Positions 1 through 21,880 are shown, numbered from the stretch's first letter. The stretch is DNA of 64,000 bases from the human T2T-CHM13v2.0 reference genome, Homo sapiens (GCF_009914755.1 NC_060941.1), one strand, 5' to 3'. Made by a program: numbers and translations. The notes: a model not told the origin generated them from the letters alone.

Positions 1-399
1 CATAAGAGTTGTTGCCAAGGGAACAGGAACATCTGCCTACACCAGAGAACAGGTGTCTTTGGAGGGCAGTGCTGATCTGAGTGCTAGGGGAGAGGTGGTT
101 CTAAAATATGCTGAAGGAGCTGTTGCCTGTAAAAAGTCTGAAATATCAGGCGCAAGCCTCATTGTTTTCATGCCCAGGTGGATCAACATACGACAAAAAA
201 TGGAGGCGCGGTTCCCCACGCCAGCAGCAGGTCCTCAAGTGGACCTCAGGGCATTGAGGGCAGCAGTGTTGCTCAAGCACCTCGAGCTTCCTGGGCTGTC
301 CAGGTTTTGTTTTAAGCTGGCTTACTGTCCTCTGTGTCATGTGATCTTGCTTTGTTCTTAGTCTACACGTTTAAATTCTTGTCCAAAATCTGTTTTTGT

Positions 400-1210
400 T
401 TTTTTTTTCACTCCTGACATCATGCATATCCCAATCTTTACTTGTCTGCTAGTCTCCAACAGGATTTACAATGACAGTCTCTTAACAACCTGGTCTCCCT
501 GCTGCCATTCTTGTCATCCTCTCCATTCTCAGCTTGGTAGCTGGAAGGAACTTTGAACAATGGAAACCTCCTCTTAATATCCCATTGTTGGCTGCTCTGC
601 CTATGGATAGTCATTCTTTATTCCTTTACTTTCTTAATAAACTTGCTTTCACTATATAGAGATAGAGATAGAGATATCTCCCAATGTCTTCCTGCCATCC
701 TTAGCACAAGTCAAATCTCTTATCCTAGTCTGTACTGCCTTGTGTGATCTAGCCCCTGCCTTCCTCTCTGACATTACCTGCTACCTGCTACTGCTCTCCT
801 TGCTTTTTTCGCTCCATCCATATGACTTCCTCTTTCTCAAACACCCTGAGCTCCTTCTGCCTCAGAGACTTTGGAGAAGCTGGGCTGGCTGCCTGGGCTC
901 CACCTTGTCTCACCTGAAATGCTACCTTCTATTGCTAAGCCTTTCCTGATCTATCAGTCTAGAGGGCATGCTCTCTGCTGAAGCCACTTTCTAGCATATC
1001 ATTGTGTTTTATTTTTTTTCACAGAATACATCTCCATCTAGAATTCCCATGAGTCTGTTTCTTGTTTGTTTGTTCATTCCCTGTCTCCCTCCAGTACAAT
1101 GAAAGCTTCATGACTGCAGAGACCTCATCTGCCTCCATAGCTGCTGCATTGCCAACACCTAGAACAGTTTCAGGGACATAATAGGTGCTCAATAAACATT
1201 CATTGAAAAC
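400..1210 (+). mobile_element. L2 LINE 3' remnant with a short MER41-like LTR piece (~570-655) and a (GATAGA)n tract
   Basis: Pyrimidine-rich decayed body ending taggtgctcaataaacatt..tgaa; cctttactttcttaataaacttgctttcact is MER41-like. Confidence 0.55.
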
Positions 1211-1956
1211 ACAAACAAGCAAACTTCCCAGCATCGCTGATCTCCCACTTGCCACTTGGATTGATTGCATGCATGCTTGAATTTGCTCCTCTGTTATGGA
1301 GACTCCACCCTCCATTTACACCTCTTTCTGGAAATCCTGATAAACCTCTCAGATCAAGCCCTGTCCCTGGAATTTTCTCTAGCACTGGGAAAGGAAAGCT
1401 CATGCACAGTTTGACTTTGTGTGTTTAAACTTTTGGTGATTGGAGTAACTGCTTCCTATTTCACAGCCACTCGACTCTGTAGAGAAATATTTCTATAAGC
1501 ATTTTGCCCTCAGTCTTGCTCCTTCTGCATGTTGACTTTGTGCTCTGAGACAACAGCCCTGCTTCCTGGCAGCACCTGAGCCTCACATCCAAGGAGGCCA
1601 CCAACAGTGACGTGCTGATTCTCCCTCCTAAGTTTCTGTTTGAAAACTCCTGGAGGACGCCGGGTGTGGTGGCTCACGACTGTAATCCCAGCACTTTGGA
1701 AGGCCGAGGTGGGCACATCACCTGAGGCCAGGAGTTCAAAACCAGCCTGACCAACATGGTGAAACTGTCTCTACTAAAAATACGAAAATTAGCCAGGCTT
1801 GGTGGCATGAGCCTGTAATCTCAGCTACTCAGGAGGCTGAGGGAGGAGAATCACCTGAACCCGGGAGGCAGAGGTTGCAGTGAGCTGCAATCATACCACT
1901 GGACTCCAGCCTGGGTGACAGAGTGAGACTCCATCTCCAGTAAATAAATAAATAAA

Positions 1957-2309
1957 TAATATGGTTTGGCTGTGTCCCCACCCAAATCTCAACTTGAATT
2001 GTATCTCCCAGAATTCTCACATGTTGTGGGAGGGACCCAGGGGGAGGTAATTAAATCATGGGGGCGGTCTTTCCCAAGCTATTCTCGTAATAGTGATTAA
2101 ATCTCGTGAGATCTGATGGGTTTATCAGGGGCTTCCACTTTTGCTTCTTCCTTATTTTCTCTTGCTGCCACCCTGTAAGAAGTGCCTTTCACCTCCCACC
2201 ATAATTCTGAGCCCTCCCCAGCCATATGGAACTGTAAGTCCAATTAAACCTCTTTTTCTTCCCAGTCTTGGGTATATGTTTATCAGCAGCGTGAAAATGG
2301 ACTAACACA
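1957..2309 (+). mobile_element. THE1 (THE1A-like) MaLR solo LTR inserted in an Alu tail
   Basis: atatggtttggctgtgtccccacccaaatctc start and ggactaacaca end; (TAAA)n continues on both sides. Confidence 0.88.
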
Positions 2310-2635
2310 ATAAATAAATAAATATTTTTAATTTCAAATATGCAGCTTTTAAAACCAGGTTGGGAAAACTTCTTTAATTTTTAAGATTCAAGAAGTTTTT
2401 TTTAAATGATGAGAAATGTTCCCAATTACATTTCAAAGCTACGATGTGGCAGTTACAGTTCTAACGCAGTTATTTAAGAGCAAAGCTTGTGAAACGTATC
2501 ACTTCTGACAAATTCTTCACTTTCCTCAGTTATGGTTAAGGCTCTCTTGAGTCCTCTCAAATTCTAACCATTCTATTTGTGGCCTGAAACCTTATCCCAG
2601 TTGTCCACATCATCTTTAAGCCAGCAACCAAGTAG

Positions 2636-3043
<408 letters not shown>

Positions 3044-3960
3044 TAAGCCACTGCATCTGGCCCAGAGCACTTTTCTTAATACTCAAAATTTTATAGGTAT
3101 CCAGCTTCACCTACCCTACCCTCTACAGAACAGCATGCATTGTTCTTACTTGTTAAACATTACAAATAGCAATTCTCAGATTCCACTGTGGTGATGAGAG
3201 ACAAACTTAAGCCTACGTACTTAAAAATAAAGCAAAAGAAATTTATTTAAATGCCAAAAAGTAAGAAAATACACGCAAACTACTAGAGAGATCATTCATT
3301 TGAAGGTCTTTGGTTTGTGTTTGTTTTATTTTAAATAAGATGTTCATTTAAAATGAAGGGGTTGTGCATTAAAAGTCTTGCTCTGCTATATTTTATTTTA
3401 TTTTGAGACAGAGTCTTACTCTGTCACCCAGGCTGGAGTGTAGTGGTGCAATCTTGGTTCATTACAATTGCCACCTCCGAGGTACAAGTGATTCTTTTAC
3501 CTCAGCCTCCCAAGTAGCTGGGATTACAGGCAAGTGCCACCATGCCTGGCTAATTTTTGTATTTTTAGTAAAGATGGAGTTTCGCCATGTTAGCCAGGCT
3601 GGTCTTGAACTCCTGACCTCAGGTGATCCACCAGCCTTGGCCTCCCAAAGAGCTGGGATTACAGGCATGGGCCTCCCAAAGTGCTGGGATTACAGGGTTG
3701 AGCCCCCGCACCCGGCCTATTTTATTACTTTATGGTACGAGGAATACAATTTCAGAAACTTTGATTCATCCAGCAGTTTTCTTAATTTGGGCAAATGTCC
3801 CTGATGATGGATTTCTATGTAGTTTCCGGAGATTAAATACCACTATTATTCTTTTTTTCTCATACAAATAATTTTTCCCAAAAGGTGCACATGGGGTCCC
3901 AGGAATGTTAGATGACTCTTCCATTGCCCTCTTGCCAAAGGCAAGAGGATGCGGACTTGA

Positions 3961-4170
<210 letters not shown>

Positions 4171-4173
4171 TAG

Positions 4174-4308
<135 letters not shown>

Positions 4309-4309
4309 T

Positions 4310-4890
<581 letters not shown>

Positions 4891-4894
4891 TTCA

Positions 4895-7010
<2,116 letters not shown>

Positions 7011-7232
7011 CCTTAATCCTGGCCTGTGGAGTCCAGGAGCGGAAGTGGGAGAGAGGCCGGCTGGGAACTGTAGTAGCCTCACCTCGGTGTTCACAGCAGG
7101 TAGGTGGTCATTTTGCTAATGGCTTGGTGAGAGTGGACAGTAATTAGGCTTTCGCACTTTGGAGGATGGCTCCGGCTAAGAGAAGCGAAATGCTTCTCGA
7201 GTGAAAGGGCTTTTTATTATTTTTATTTATTA

Positions 7233-7388
<156 letters not shown>

Positions 7389-8059
7389 TTATTTGCGCTT
7401 CCTCTTACACATGGCGAGTGAGCGCCTGAGATTCGGAGTGTCTCCTTCGCAGAGGACGCCTATGGTAGGGGCTTAGTGTTTGCTGAATTAAAGGGAATTT
7501 GTCTTCCTAACTTTAGATTCGCAACACTTCAGAACCGAATGAGAGACCTTCCTCCATAAAATTGACTTTATAAATCTTTTTCTTTTCTTTCCTTTTTTTT
7601 TTTTTTTTTTTTTTTGTTAGAGCCAAGGTCTCGCTCTGTTGCCCAGGCTGAAGTGCCGTGCAGTGATCATGGCTCCCTGCAGCCTTGAACTCCTGAGCTC
7701 AAGAAATCCTCCTGCCTCAGTAAGTCACCAAGCCTGGCTAATTCTTTCTTTATTTTTTTATTTTTTATTTTTATTTTTTTGTAGAGAAGTGGGTCTTGCT
7801 TGGTTGCCCAGGCTAATCTCGAACTCCTGGGCTCAAGTGATCCTCCCTCCTCGGCTTCCCAAAGTTGAGATTGTAGGCATGAACTATCACGCCTGGCCTT
7901 ATAAATCTTTATTCATCTTTGCAAACTTCTAATTATCAGAGAATATAGTCAGGTCTAATCCATCATTTTACAAATAAAGTGACTTCCTGACATCCCCCAG
8001 CTAAATAAATAATAAATATATAAATAAATAAACTCAGGTGCCAAATTGAGAAGCGGTAG

Positions 8060-8640
8060 ACCATGGTGGCTTTGAAACGTATTGTGTCCCCTTGGCGAGG
8101 TGGAACTACGTTTCCCAGCATCCCCTGTGGATATGTTTCTGGTTAGGGTGGGCCACAGGAGACATTCTCATGCAGATTTGAGGGCGGGAGCGAAGCAGCA
8201 GACATTTTGTGGCTCGTGTTATTGTTTATCTGCTGGTTTACCTCCTTGGCTTGGGCCAGCAGCTGGGCCTAAAACTGCTCCGCCTTCCCCCAAGTCCTTC
8301 TCCAGCGTTTCCTACTCCTAGGCTAGGTGTGTACTGAAGGAACGCAGCTGCTTCTGCAGGATGGCCATACTATCAAGGTCAAAGGCAAAGAGAATTGACA
8401 CGGTTTTAGTTTGCCTTTGTGGGTTCCAGCTGGTATTTGCTTTTCTCTACGCCTTCCTGACTGCCTTTCCTGACGTCTTCAAGCTCCAGGATCAGCTGTG
8501 ACGATAACAGCTTTACAGGGATTGCTTAAGCAGTTCCCACAATTGTGTAAGATTATATGCGGTATATATGATATATAATATACATACCCTAGTGGGTTCT
8601 GCTCTGCTTCAATCTCTTCTGTGCTAGAATCCTGACTGAT
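8060..8640. mobile_element. Probable old ERVL-type LTR (LTR33/LTR41-like) carrying a ZNF143-type motif
   Basis: aactacgtttcccagcatcc at ~8104 followed by ggttagggtgggccac. Family assignment is from memory and boundaries are approximate. Confidence 0.45.
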
Positions 8641-8738
8641 TGTATTATAATGATTTTGTAATCCGGTAAATGCATTATCTTCTTCGGATTTGCACTTCCG
8701 AAAACTTTTCATTCAGAATGGTTTGTGGTGGATTAAAT

Positions 8739-8959
8739 CAGGGGTGTCCAATCTTTTGGCTTCCCCAGGCCACGTTGGAAGAAGAATGGTCTTGGGCCAC
8801 GGTTAAGATAGGCTAACATTTACGATAGCTGATGAGCTAAAGAAAAAAAAAATCACAAAAAAATCTGATAATGTTTTAAGAAAGTTTACAAATTCGTGTT
8901 GGGCCACAATCAAAGCCTGGGCCACATGCAGCTAGTGGGCCGTGGTTTGGACAAGCTTG
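8739..8959. mobile_element. MER30 (hAT-Charlie) DNA transposon
   Basis: caggggtgtccaatcttttggcttcc...ttggacaagcttg termini. Confidence 0.85.
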
Positions 8960-9183
8960 AACTACATTGAAGTCATTATTGCTGTGTTGCCTGGGCTGGA
9001 GTGCAGTGGCCATTCACGAGCACAATTATTGCAAGCTACAACCTTAACCTCCTGGGCTCGAGCAGTCCTGCCTCAGCCTCCATAGTAGCTGGGCCTACAT
9101 GAATTTTGAAGAACAATAAACTTGATCAGATAAACAGTTCACGTGTGTAAGCTTTTCACAGTTGCTTAACATAAAAATTGCTA

Positions 9184-9904
<721 letters not shown>

Positions 9905-10201
9905 TGAACAAGTTGAGTAGTTGCCTCTGAGTGGTAGGAAGTGATGAAGGGGTAGGAGTGAAACTGCTGCTTTTGCTCTAAGCCTTTTTAGCATTATTTG
10001 ACCCCTAGACTAGTTGCATGGAATATTTTGATAAAAAATAAACATTGGTTACAAAAACAGTTTTAATAAAAGCAAAAACCATACCACCTATTTGTATAGG
10101 GTGGGCAAGAAGAAAGAAGATAGGAAAGGTTATCATTTGAGTTGGACAATAGACTTCAGTACTGGAGAGTTTCCAATACAAGTTGAAAGGAAGGTCAGGT
10201 T

Positions 10202-10322
10202 CCCTCCACTATTGTCCTATAACCCTGCCAAATCCCCCTCTGCGAGAAACACCCAAGAATGATCAATAAAAAAAATAAATAAAATAAAATAAATAAAAAT
10301 AAAAATAAAAAAATAAAAAAAA
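10202..10322 (+). mobile_element. Severely 5'-truncated SVA (SINE-R 3' end plus poly(A))
   Basis: ccctccactattgtccta...tgcgagaaacacccaagaatgatcaataaa matches the SVA terminus; 17-bp perfect TSD gaaaggaaggtcaggtt at 10185-10201 and 10323-10339. Confidence 0.9.
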
Positions 10323-10768
10323 GAAAGGAAGGTCAGGTTTAGGGAGGATTATGAAGCTGTGAGATTTAAAAGGATAAGAGAATGAGCTCTTCCTTCTTTA
10401 ACAGTCATTTTCTACAAAAAGAACATCTTGGCAACATAGTCTCAGGCTCCCCCCCTCCTCTCCACCTCTCTGCCTTCTCTTTTTATACTGTATTTATTGT
10501 GCTAACTGAATCTAAATCTCAGAAATAATTGAAACAATACTTTGAAGCAGCTCCTCTCAGAGTTGTGTTTCATAGACTTGAGGAGTCTTGAGTTCTGGGA
10601 TTGGTATAGTAATGGCCATAAAAAATAATTTTCACTTAAAAAAAAATTTGGCTAGCCACTTGGAGGCTGAGGTGGGAGGATCACCTGAGGCTAGGAGGTC
10701 AAGGCTGCAGTGTGCTGTGATTGCGCCACTGCACTCCAGCCTGGGTGACACAGTGAGACCCTGTCTCA

Positions 10769-10948
<180 letters not shown>

Positions 10949-11281
10949 CTACTCGGAAGGCTGAGGCAGGGGGAGGTTGAGGCAGGAGAATTGCTTGAAC
11001 CCCGGAGGGAGAGTTTGCTGTGAGCCGAGATTGTGCCACTGCACTCCAGCATGGGGAAAAGAGTGAGACTCTGTATCAAAAAAATGTAAAATAAAATAAA
11101 ATAAAATAAATAAAATAAAAATCTTCAATGGCAGAATAATTACTAGTTATAAAATTACGTGATGTGAGAGAGGGTCCCAGCTTAAATGCCATTTACTACC
11201 CATAGTCTTTAGGTTCCTTTCCATCCTTCCTTCCTTCCTTTCTGCTTTTCTTCTTCCCAGATAACAAGCTGAGAAATTTAG

Positions 11282-11404
<123 letters not shown>

Positions 11405-11407
11405 TAA

Positions 11408-11581
<174 letters not shown>

Positions 11582-11829
11582 TAGGATTTTTTTTTTTTGG
11601 TGTGTTATGTTGAGGGTGAAATGAACGGATGAATGGTAGATGAGTTATCCAAAATCAGATTGCATCAGACAAGCCACTGAGAAATAAGAGGAATCTATCA
11701 CTTGCTAGTTCCTTGTGTGTTATGGGTCCACTAACTTTTTGGCTATATTTCAATAAAGAAAACAGAAAGAACTCTAAGATATTCACCATATGTTCTATAA
11801 AATGGGTGCATTGAAATATATGACACCAG

Positions 11830-12410
11830 CTTTTCCAGGAGCAATGCTGCATGGTGAGGATCTCTCATCTACGCCCATAGCCATGTGGTCCAAGAGCCTG
11901 CTGCAGTCCATGCAGGTCTCTGGACAGAGGAAGATGACCACAGCCATGGCGGGCCGCAAACATGGCAGTGGCCTCATGGAAGTGAACAGGCGGCCCCTGG
12001 AGATGATGGAGTCATGCACACTGCATTACAAGCTGCTGGAACCAGTTCTGCTTCTGGGCAAGGAGCGATTTGCTGACGTGGACATCCATGTCCTAGTGAA
12101 GGGTGATGGTCAGGTGGCCCAGATTCATGCTATCTGTCAGTCCATCTCCAAAGCCCTGGTGGCCTGTTACCAGAAATACGTGTGGCTTCCAAGAAGGTCA
12201 AAGACGTCCTCATCCAATGTGGCTGGACCCTGCTGGTGGCTGACCCTCATCGCTGCAAATCCAGAAAGTTTGGAGGCCCTGGTGACCGTGCTTGTTACTA
12301 GGAATCCTACCCTAAAGCCCATCACGAGTTATCAGTAAAAGTCCATCATTGTGTAATAAATACCTACGTAATAAATAACGTTTGAGTTTAAAAAACTAAA
12401 ACTAAAATAA
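11830..12410 (+). pseudogene. RPS16 processed pseudogene (decayed, frameshifted)
   Basis: [20 protein letters not shown]...[15 protein letters not shown] matches RPS16; ATG 11883; frameshift after QKYV; 5' CTTTTCC; AATAAA; A-tail; TSD aaatatatgac at 11814-11824 and 12410-12420. Confidence 0.95.
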
Positions 12411-14979
12411 AATATATGACTCAATGGGCCAGGGAGACAGAGTGCTGGGGATTTGGCATTAGGAGAACTGTGGGGGCAGCAGCATCCATGGAGGCTGAAT
12501 GAGGTGGGGACTGTGAATGACCTGCTGAAATATGAAAAGAAGTTTCCATCTGAGAAGGCAGCAGGCTTAGTGTCCAAGAGTCTGCAGTTTGAAAACACAT
12601 CATGCCTGGTGTGGAGCAAGTACAATGATGTTCTCCAAGGCATCAGCCTGCCAAAAGGGGCTGCTATTCAAAAGGGGGTAAAAGACAAACCAACCAACCC
12701 AACAGGGCTCTATACCTGGCTGAGGGCACTGCCAGCTTCTGGACTGTGAAAAGGCCCTAAGATACGTGCAAGAGCTGCCGTGGGCAGAGAAGCCAGGCCA
12801 AGGAGCTGCAGAAAAGAGAAAGCCTCTGTCCTTCCTCCTTTCCCTCCCCTGTTGTAACTCTCAACCATCCCCATCTCTGCTCCCCCCTCCCAAATTTAGC
12901 TCCTCATCCTCAGGTCCTTGTGAATTCCTGGTTATTAAGACCTTTTCCTACCCCCATGTTTAAGGCTTTTAAGTCTCCTTTTAAATCATCTCCCTCCAGG
13001 CAATTCCCTCTCAACATCCTCTCACCAGCTTAGGGAAGCCCTCCCGATGAGATTTAGGAGATAGACAGGTCACATGACTATCTCTATGTGGATTATTTCT
13101 ACATAAGAAAAACATCCAGTTTGGATTGATTCTTAACAGCATTAATCTTGGAGTTTCAATTTTTCAAAATAACGTATCAAATTTTGCCATTGTTCTAGCA
13201 TATGGTGCAATATAAAATGGTCGAATGATATTTATGCAGGGAAGAAAGATGAAGTCAGGAGGCCCACTACGTGGATCCACTTGTGTCCCCGTGTGAGGTG
13301 ATGAATAAACTAAGGAAGCCCATGACTGAGCAAAGGAGCTGGAGATGATTATGGGTCAGGATTGTTGGCTCTTTTGATCAGTGTTGTTTCAGTTTGGTGG
13401 CAAAATCAGCCTAGAGCCCAGGTCTCCAAATTTATAATTTCATGGTTTCCACGAAGCACATGAACTCAAGTCAGAAAGAAAGGTTTCAATTCTGACTCTG
13501 CCTCTTACATAAGTATGTGAATTTGCAGAAGTTACTTAACCTCTGAAACTTTCCTTATCTGTGAAATGGGGAAATACTTGCTGGGAGGATTAAATGAGCT
13601 AACCCAGCAAAGGGCCAGACAGAGTTTAATGAAGGGTAGCCTTCTCCCTAGCTCCTTAGTGCTTGCTTGAGAGCTGGAACAAACCATAAGGATTGCACAA
13701 CTCCCAAATTCCCAGATCACATCAAGGTGGCCAAATCTTAAGAGGAATTTAAGCTCCTAGGCTTAAATTTTGCTTGGCTTAATCATACTATTCGCTATGC
13801 TGGGATAATTCTCCAAACCTCTCTGGAACTGAGTTCATTCCTCTGTGGGATGAAGAAATAACAGTCTATACCCTTGAGACACAAGGTTAGATAACAGCCA
13901 ATTAATGCTTACAAAGTACATTGGTATCCAAGGATGAAAGTGCAAAGTCAAAACATATTTTCGGCTGGGCTTGGTGGCTCACACCTGTAATCTCCACATA
14001 TTGGGAGGCCAAGGCAGGCAGATGGCTTGAGCCCAGGAGTTTGAGACCAGCCTGGGCAGCATAGTGAGACCTTGTCTCTGTTATATTTTAAACTTAAAAA
14101 AATTTTTTGTTTTAATTTAGGCCCGGCAAGGTGGCTCACACCTGTAATCCCAGCACTTTGAGAGGCCGAGGCAGACGGATCACTTGAGGCCAGGAGTTTG
14201 AGACCAGTCTGGCCAACATGGCAAAACCTCACCTCTACTAAAATACAAAAATTAGCCAGACATGGTGGTGTGTGCCGTAATATTCCATAATTCGACACAG
14301 ATGATTAGGGCATCTTCTGCTCTTTTGACTAAGAGTCAATGGCTCTGTTCTCCCATCCCACTTTCTTTCCATATCCTTTTTCAGGTGTTTTAATATCTAA
14401 TCCAGAAGAAACATGGATTTCCATTTTATTAACACTCATAAATTTAACTATTGTATATGTTATTCCAAAAATGCACAAGAAAGAGATTATTTGTAATGGA
14501 AGGAATATTGGATTTTGAGGGAGCTGATGTTCATTCTCACCCTTGATTTGCCATTTACTGACAATGTGATCTTAGGTAACCTAAGTTCTTGTTAGCACTA
14601 AAATTTTAGGAAATGCAAATGAGTCTATGAAAGGGAAATAGCTTAGCTGAAAGTTCACTTCCTTCCCTTTTCTAATTGAGAAATTGAACACCCTTACAGT
14701 AACATTTTAATATAGACCCAAAACTGAAAGGAGATCTTCATTTTAATTCTCATTTTTTATCTTAGTCTGGTACTTGGCACATAGTAAGACATCAGTAAAT
14801 ATTCAGTGAATAGAGTGGCTTCTCATGAACATGAGACCAAGAAGAAGAATGTTTCATCATGTAAGAACTCAATTCAAAGAGAATTAACTAAGCATCTGCT
14901 ATTTGGCAGCTGTATTTGCCAGGCATTCTAATTTTTTATCTTTCATAAAAATTGAGATGAGGCTGGGCGCAGTGTCTCA

Positions 14980-15301
<322 letters not shown>

Positions 15302-15649
15302 TTATGACTTTGGGGAGAGATAACATGTATACAAAGTTCAGTGTAATAGGAAAAGTGCTGGGAGTCTTGCAAGGAAAACCATGCCTCATCCTCATTTTAT
15401 CACTAACCAGTTGTATGAATGTGAGAAAGTTATTTATACACTAAGACAATAGCTTCATCATCTGTAAAAGGTAATACTACATGATCTGGCCTCTAAGGTC
15501 ATTTCTAGCTATGAGTCTGAAAATGATTCTATGCCTCTGAAACATTAGTTTAAATGCCTGTTCTTAAAAACTCCTAAATATTTATTGAAGATAACCTCTT
15601 CAATACACTTATTTTTCCATCTGCAACTAATAAGCAAAGTCACACAAAA

Positions 15650-15849
<200 letters not shown>

Positions 15850-15870
15850 TCACCTGAGATCAGGAGTTTA

Positions 15871-16176
<306 letters not shown>

Positions 16177-16777
16177 CTAAAAAAAATACTATGACCTATA
16201 TTCTAGCAAGTAAAGATAGCAATAGCAGATCTTGGATTCAAATCCATTGTACCAGGACAAGACTGGCTGGCAGGGGTGAAATCTTGAGGAGAGATAGCCT
16301 GTGACCTGTCACTAGGACTCTCTGAGACCCTTGAAGAGGATTCAAATTCCAGCCCATGTCATTGCACCAGAAGTGGGAAACAGCTGACTAAAAAGCTTGC
16401 CAAAAAAGCCGGGCACCTGGAGATAAGACTCAGGAAGCGTTTTCCAAACAAGAAACAAAAGAGTGAAGGAGGAGGCCACGAAAGAGAAATCCTGGAGTTG
16501 TATGCAGTTGGTGAAGGATCATTGTTTTCTTCCTCGCAATCTCTGTGGAATGGTCACAGGCAAAAACATCAGAAAATGAAAGTGCAGAGCTCTATTAGAG
16601 GAAGAGGAAAATTATTGATAGGAGGAAAATCTCCATCATCGCATGGAATATTCCATTTTACACAGATTTCTTCTGAAGGTCAAGGACTGAACTAAAGGAC
16701 ACAGCCTGCATGTAACTGCCCTGAGTTTGGGGGTAAGGAGAGGAGAGGGAGCTGGGTTATCTCATCAGTGTGTATAG

Positions 16778-16990
<213 letters not shown>

Positions 16991-16993
16991 TAA

Positions 16994-17146
<153 letters not shown>

Positions 17147-17736
17147 TAATTTCCTGTAAGCCTCCAGCATTCTGGCCCAGACACAGATGCAGAAACATCT
17201 AGACTGGCTGCACCATTTTCCACACTTTGAGCCTTTTTGGGTACAGTTTTAAACTAAGATCAAAGTATACATCTTTGAAAACCCAATACTAATATTCTGC
17301 TCAAACCACATTGTCAAAACACCCCACACAAAAAATGTGAAATCAGGGAAAAAGTGAAAAATAAGACAGCAGGGTAAAAATGGGGGCACTATTAGATATT
17401 TCATCCCCAGCAAGACTACCACCGCCAAAAGTGGTTGCCTTCAGAATTTTCCTCTGGGTCCTCTTATTTTTCCAGCATTTCCACAATTACAAAGATATCT
17501 ATTACTATTTATTAATGTACATGCTTATGTGTATAAATTGTACTTGCCCAGCTGAGTCCTGGGCAAATTCCATATCCTTTCATTCTAGAATCCCAGACTT
17601 AGTGCCACAAATCCCATGATTTGAAACTCCTGGCCTAGAATCCAAACCCTGCATAATTTTGTATGCATCCTTAGACTTAGCATGGAGAAGTTGTAAAAAC
17701 AATGCAATAGCAGAGAGGTCCAAAAAGCAAAAATAA

Positions 17737-18166
<430 letters not shown>

Positions 18167-18359
18167 TGAGATTTGACCACACTAGGAAACAATAAAATAT
18201 TGGCATTGTGTTTGTTGAGTTTGGTTTTTTGGTTTTTGGGCTTAAAAAATTTTTTTTTTTGGTGGTAGTGGGCTTCATTCAATTCTCTGTTACAGAATTT
18301 ATTAGCTTTTCTATTTTATTCATGTGTGGTTTTTTCTTTATTTTCTTTATTTTTTTTAA

Positions 18360-18701
<342 letters not shown>

Positions 18702-19063
18702 TAGGTTCAAAAATAAGAACCTGCAGGAATCCTTACGAATTTTAAATTTATTTAGAGGTTTGTCTGCAACTTCAGAGCTCTATATGGATGCATATCCTGA
18801 TAGCAACCCACTTGAATTGCTCAACAAAAAGACCACAGTTGTGAACTGGATACATTCATGGTATCAAGGGAAATATACCTGTAATGTCTATAGGAATAAT
18901 GAAAAGTTAATTATAGGAGAAGCCCAGTCCTCCGCGATAGTAAGTATTGTGAAGAAAAGAAAAATGTTCAATGCCAAATGAAGTCAAAGTTACCTACAGT
19001 GATGTAGTAAAAAGTGTTTGTTTGTTTTTTGAGGCAAAGTCTTGCTCTGTTGCCTAGGGTTGA

Positions 19064-19426
<363 letters not shown>

Positions 19427-19752
19427 TGAGCCACCACTTGGCTGAAAAGGTTTTTTAATACAGGAAAACATTATTTTATGATAGGAAAGAAAAGGCAAGA
19501 CACAAACTTTTAAATTGTAATCTACTCCAAATGCTAATTATTTCCATATGCATAGTTATATTCACTCCCCCTGAACAAACGAATGTGACTATTGTTCCAC
19601 CTCTTTAATGCTTCTGCACCTCCCTGTTCATATAAGAAAATGGTGTAGAAAAAGCAAAGGTATAACTACATGAAAAGCCTGCCTGTTTATACAACATTTT
19701 GCTGAGATGTGAGATAATAGCATGATGGAGGATGCATATACAGTTACATATA

Positions 19753-20688
<936 letters not shown>

Positions 20689-21880
20689 TATATGTATATG
20701 TGTGTGTGTGTATATATCTCAGGATAATAAATGTTGGTAAAAATTATGGGTAAATTGGCCTTAACAAATAACTATATAACAGTGATGTTTTTTGAATAAT
20801 TCAAGAATGAGATTCAAGAGAATGGGATTTTAGTGGTTGGGTCAGCTTTGTTTTTGAAATGAATGCTTTCTAGAACTTTTGTTTATTATTATTTATTTTT
20901 ATTTATTTATTTTTGAGATGGGGTCTCACTTTGTCTCCTAAACTGGGGTGCAGTAGCTCAATCACAGCTCACTACAGTCTTGACTTTACCAGGCTCAGGT
21001 GATCCTCCCACCTCAGCCTCCTGAGTAGCTGGTACTACAAGTGCGTGCCACCATGCCCAGCTAAATTTTTTGTATTTTTTTTGTAGAAGCAAGGTTTCAC
21101 CATGTTGCTAAGGCTAATCTAGAACTCCTGGGCTCAAGCAATCTGCCTGCCTCAACCTACCAAAGTGCTGGGCTTATAGGCATGAGCCATCATGCCTGGC
21201 CTTTTATTTATTGTTTCAATTGTACATATACTTAATGTTATTTCACAGCTTTTTGCCAACCCTCTATTTTCTATGAGATTTTGATCTTTCAGTTTTGCAG
21301 TTAGCTAGGATTACTATATATAAAAATAGTATTTAACACATATATAGTACTCTGTGTCAGGCCCTGTTGTAAATACTAATCCTCAAAACTGTGAAGTAGG
21401 TATTATTACTATCCCCATTTTCTGGATGAGAAGACTGAGGCACAGGGAGGCTAAATTATTTGTCTAAAGACATGACATTACTAATACAACTTTTTAAGGG
21501 GAAGGAAATAACACCAAGGTGTCAATGGTGGTTTTTCAGGGTGTGGGGTTATAAAGGATTGTTAAGAGGATTGAAATGACAAGATCTTGAACTAAGCCCA
21601 TGGCAGCTGAGCTGGGACAGACAGGACAGACTCTAGAACAGTTTAAGATAAAATATTGGCAAGCCTTGTGGATTGGTTGATTTCATGTTGGGATGAGGCA
21701 TAGCAGGGAAGCTAGGAAGACTCACCTCTGGCACCTGTGACTGGGTGGACATTTCACTAGAGTAGGAAATACAAAAGATGGAGCAGACTGAGGAGAAATG
21801 ATGTGTTCAGTTTTGACATTTTGAGTTTTATTGTAAGCATTTGAACATGTAAATTTTAAACTTAAGACAGGCCGGGCTCA

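Noticed and set aside
11790-12338. 182-aa ORF over the RPS16 copy
   Set aside because: Heavily substituted and frameshifted after QKYV, with TSD and A-tail; a processed pseudogene.
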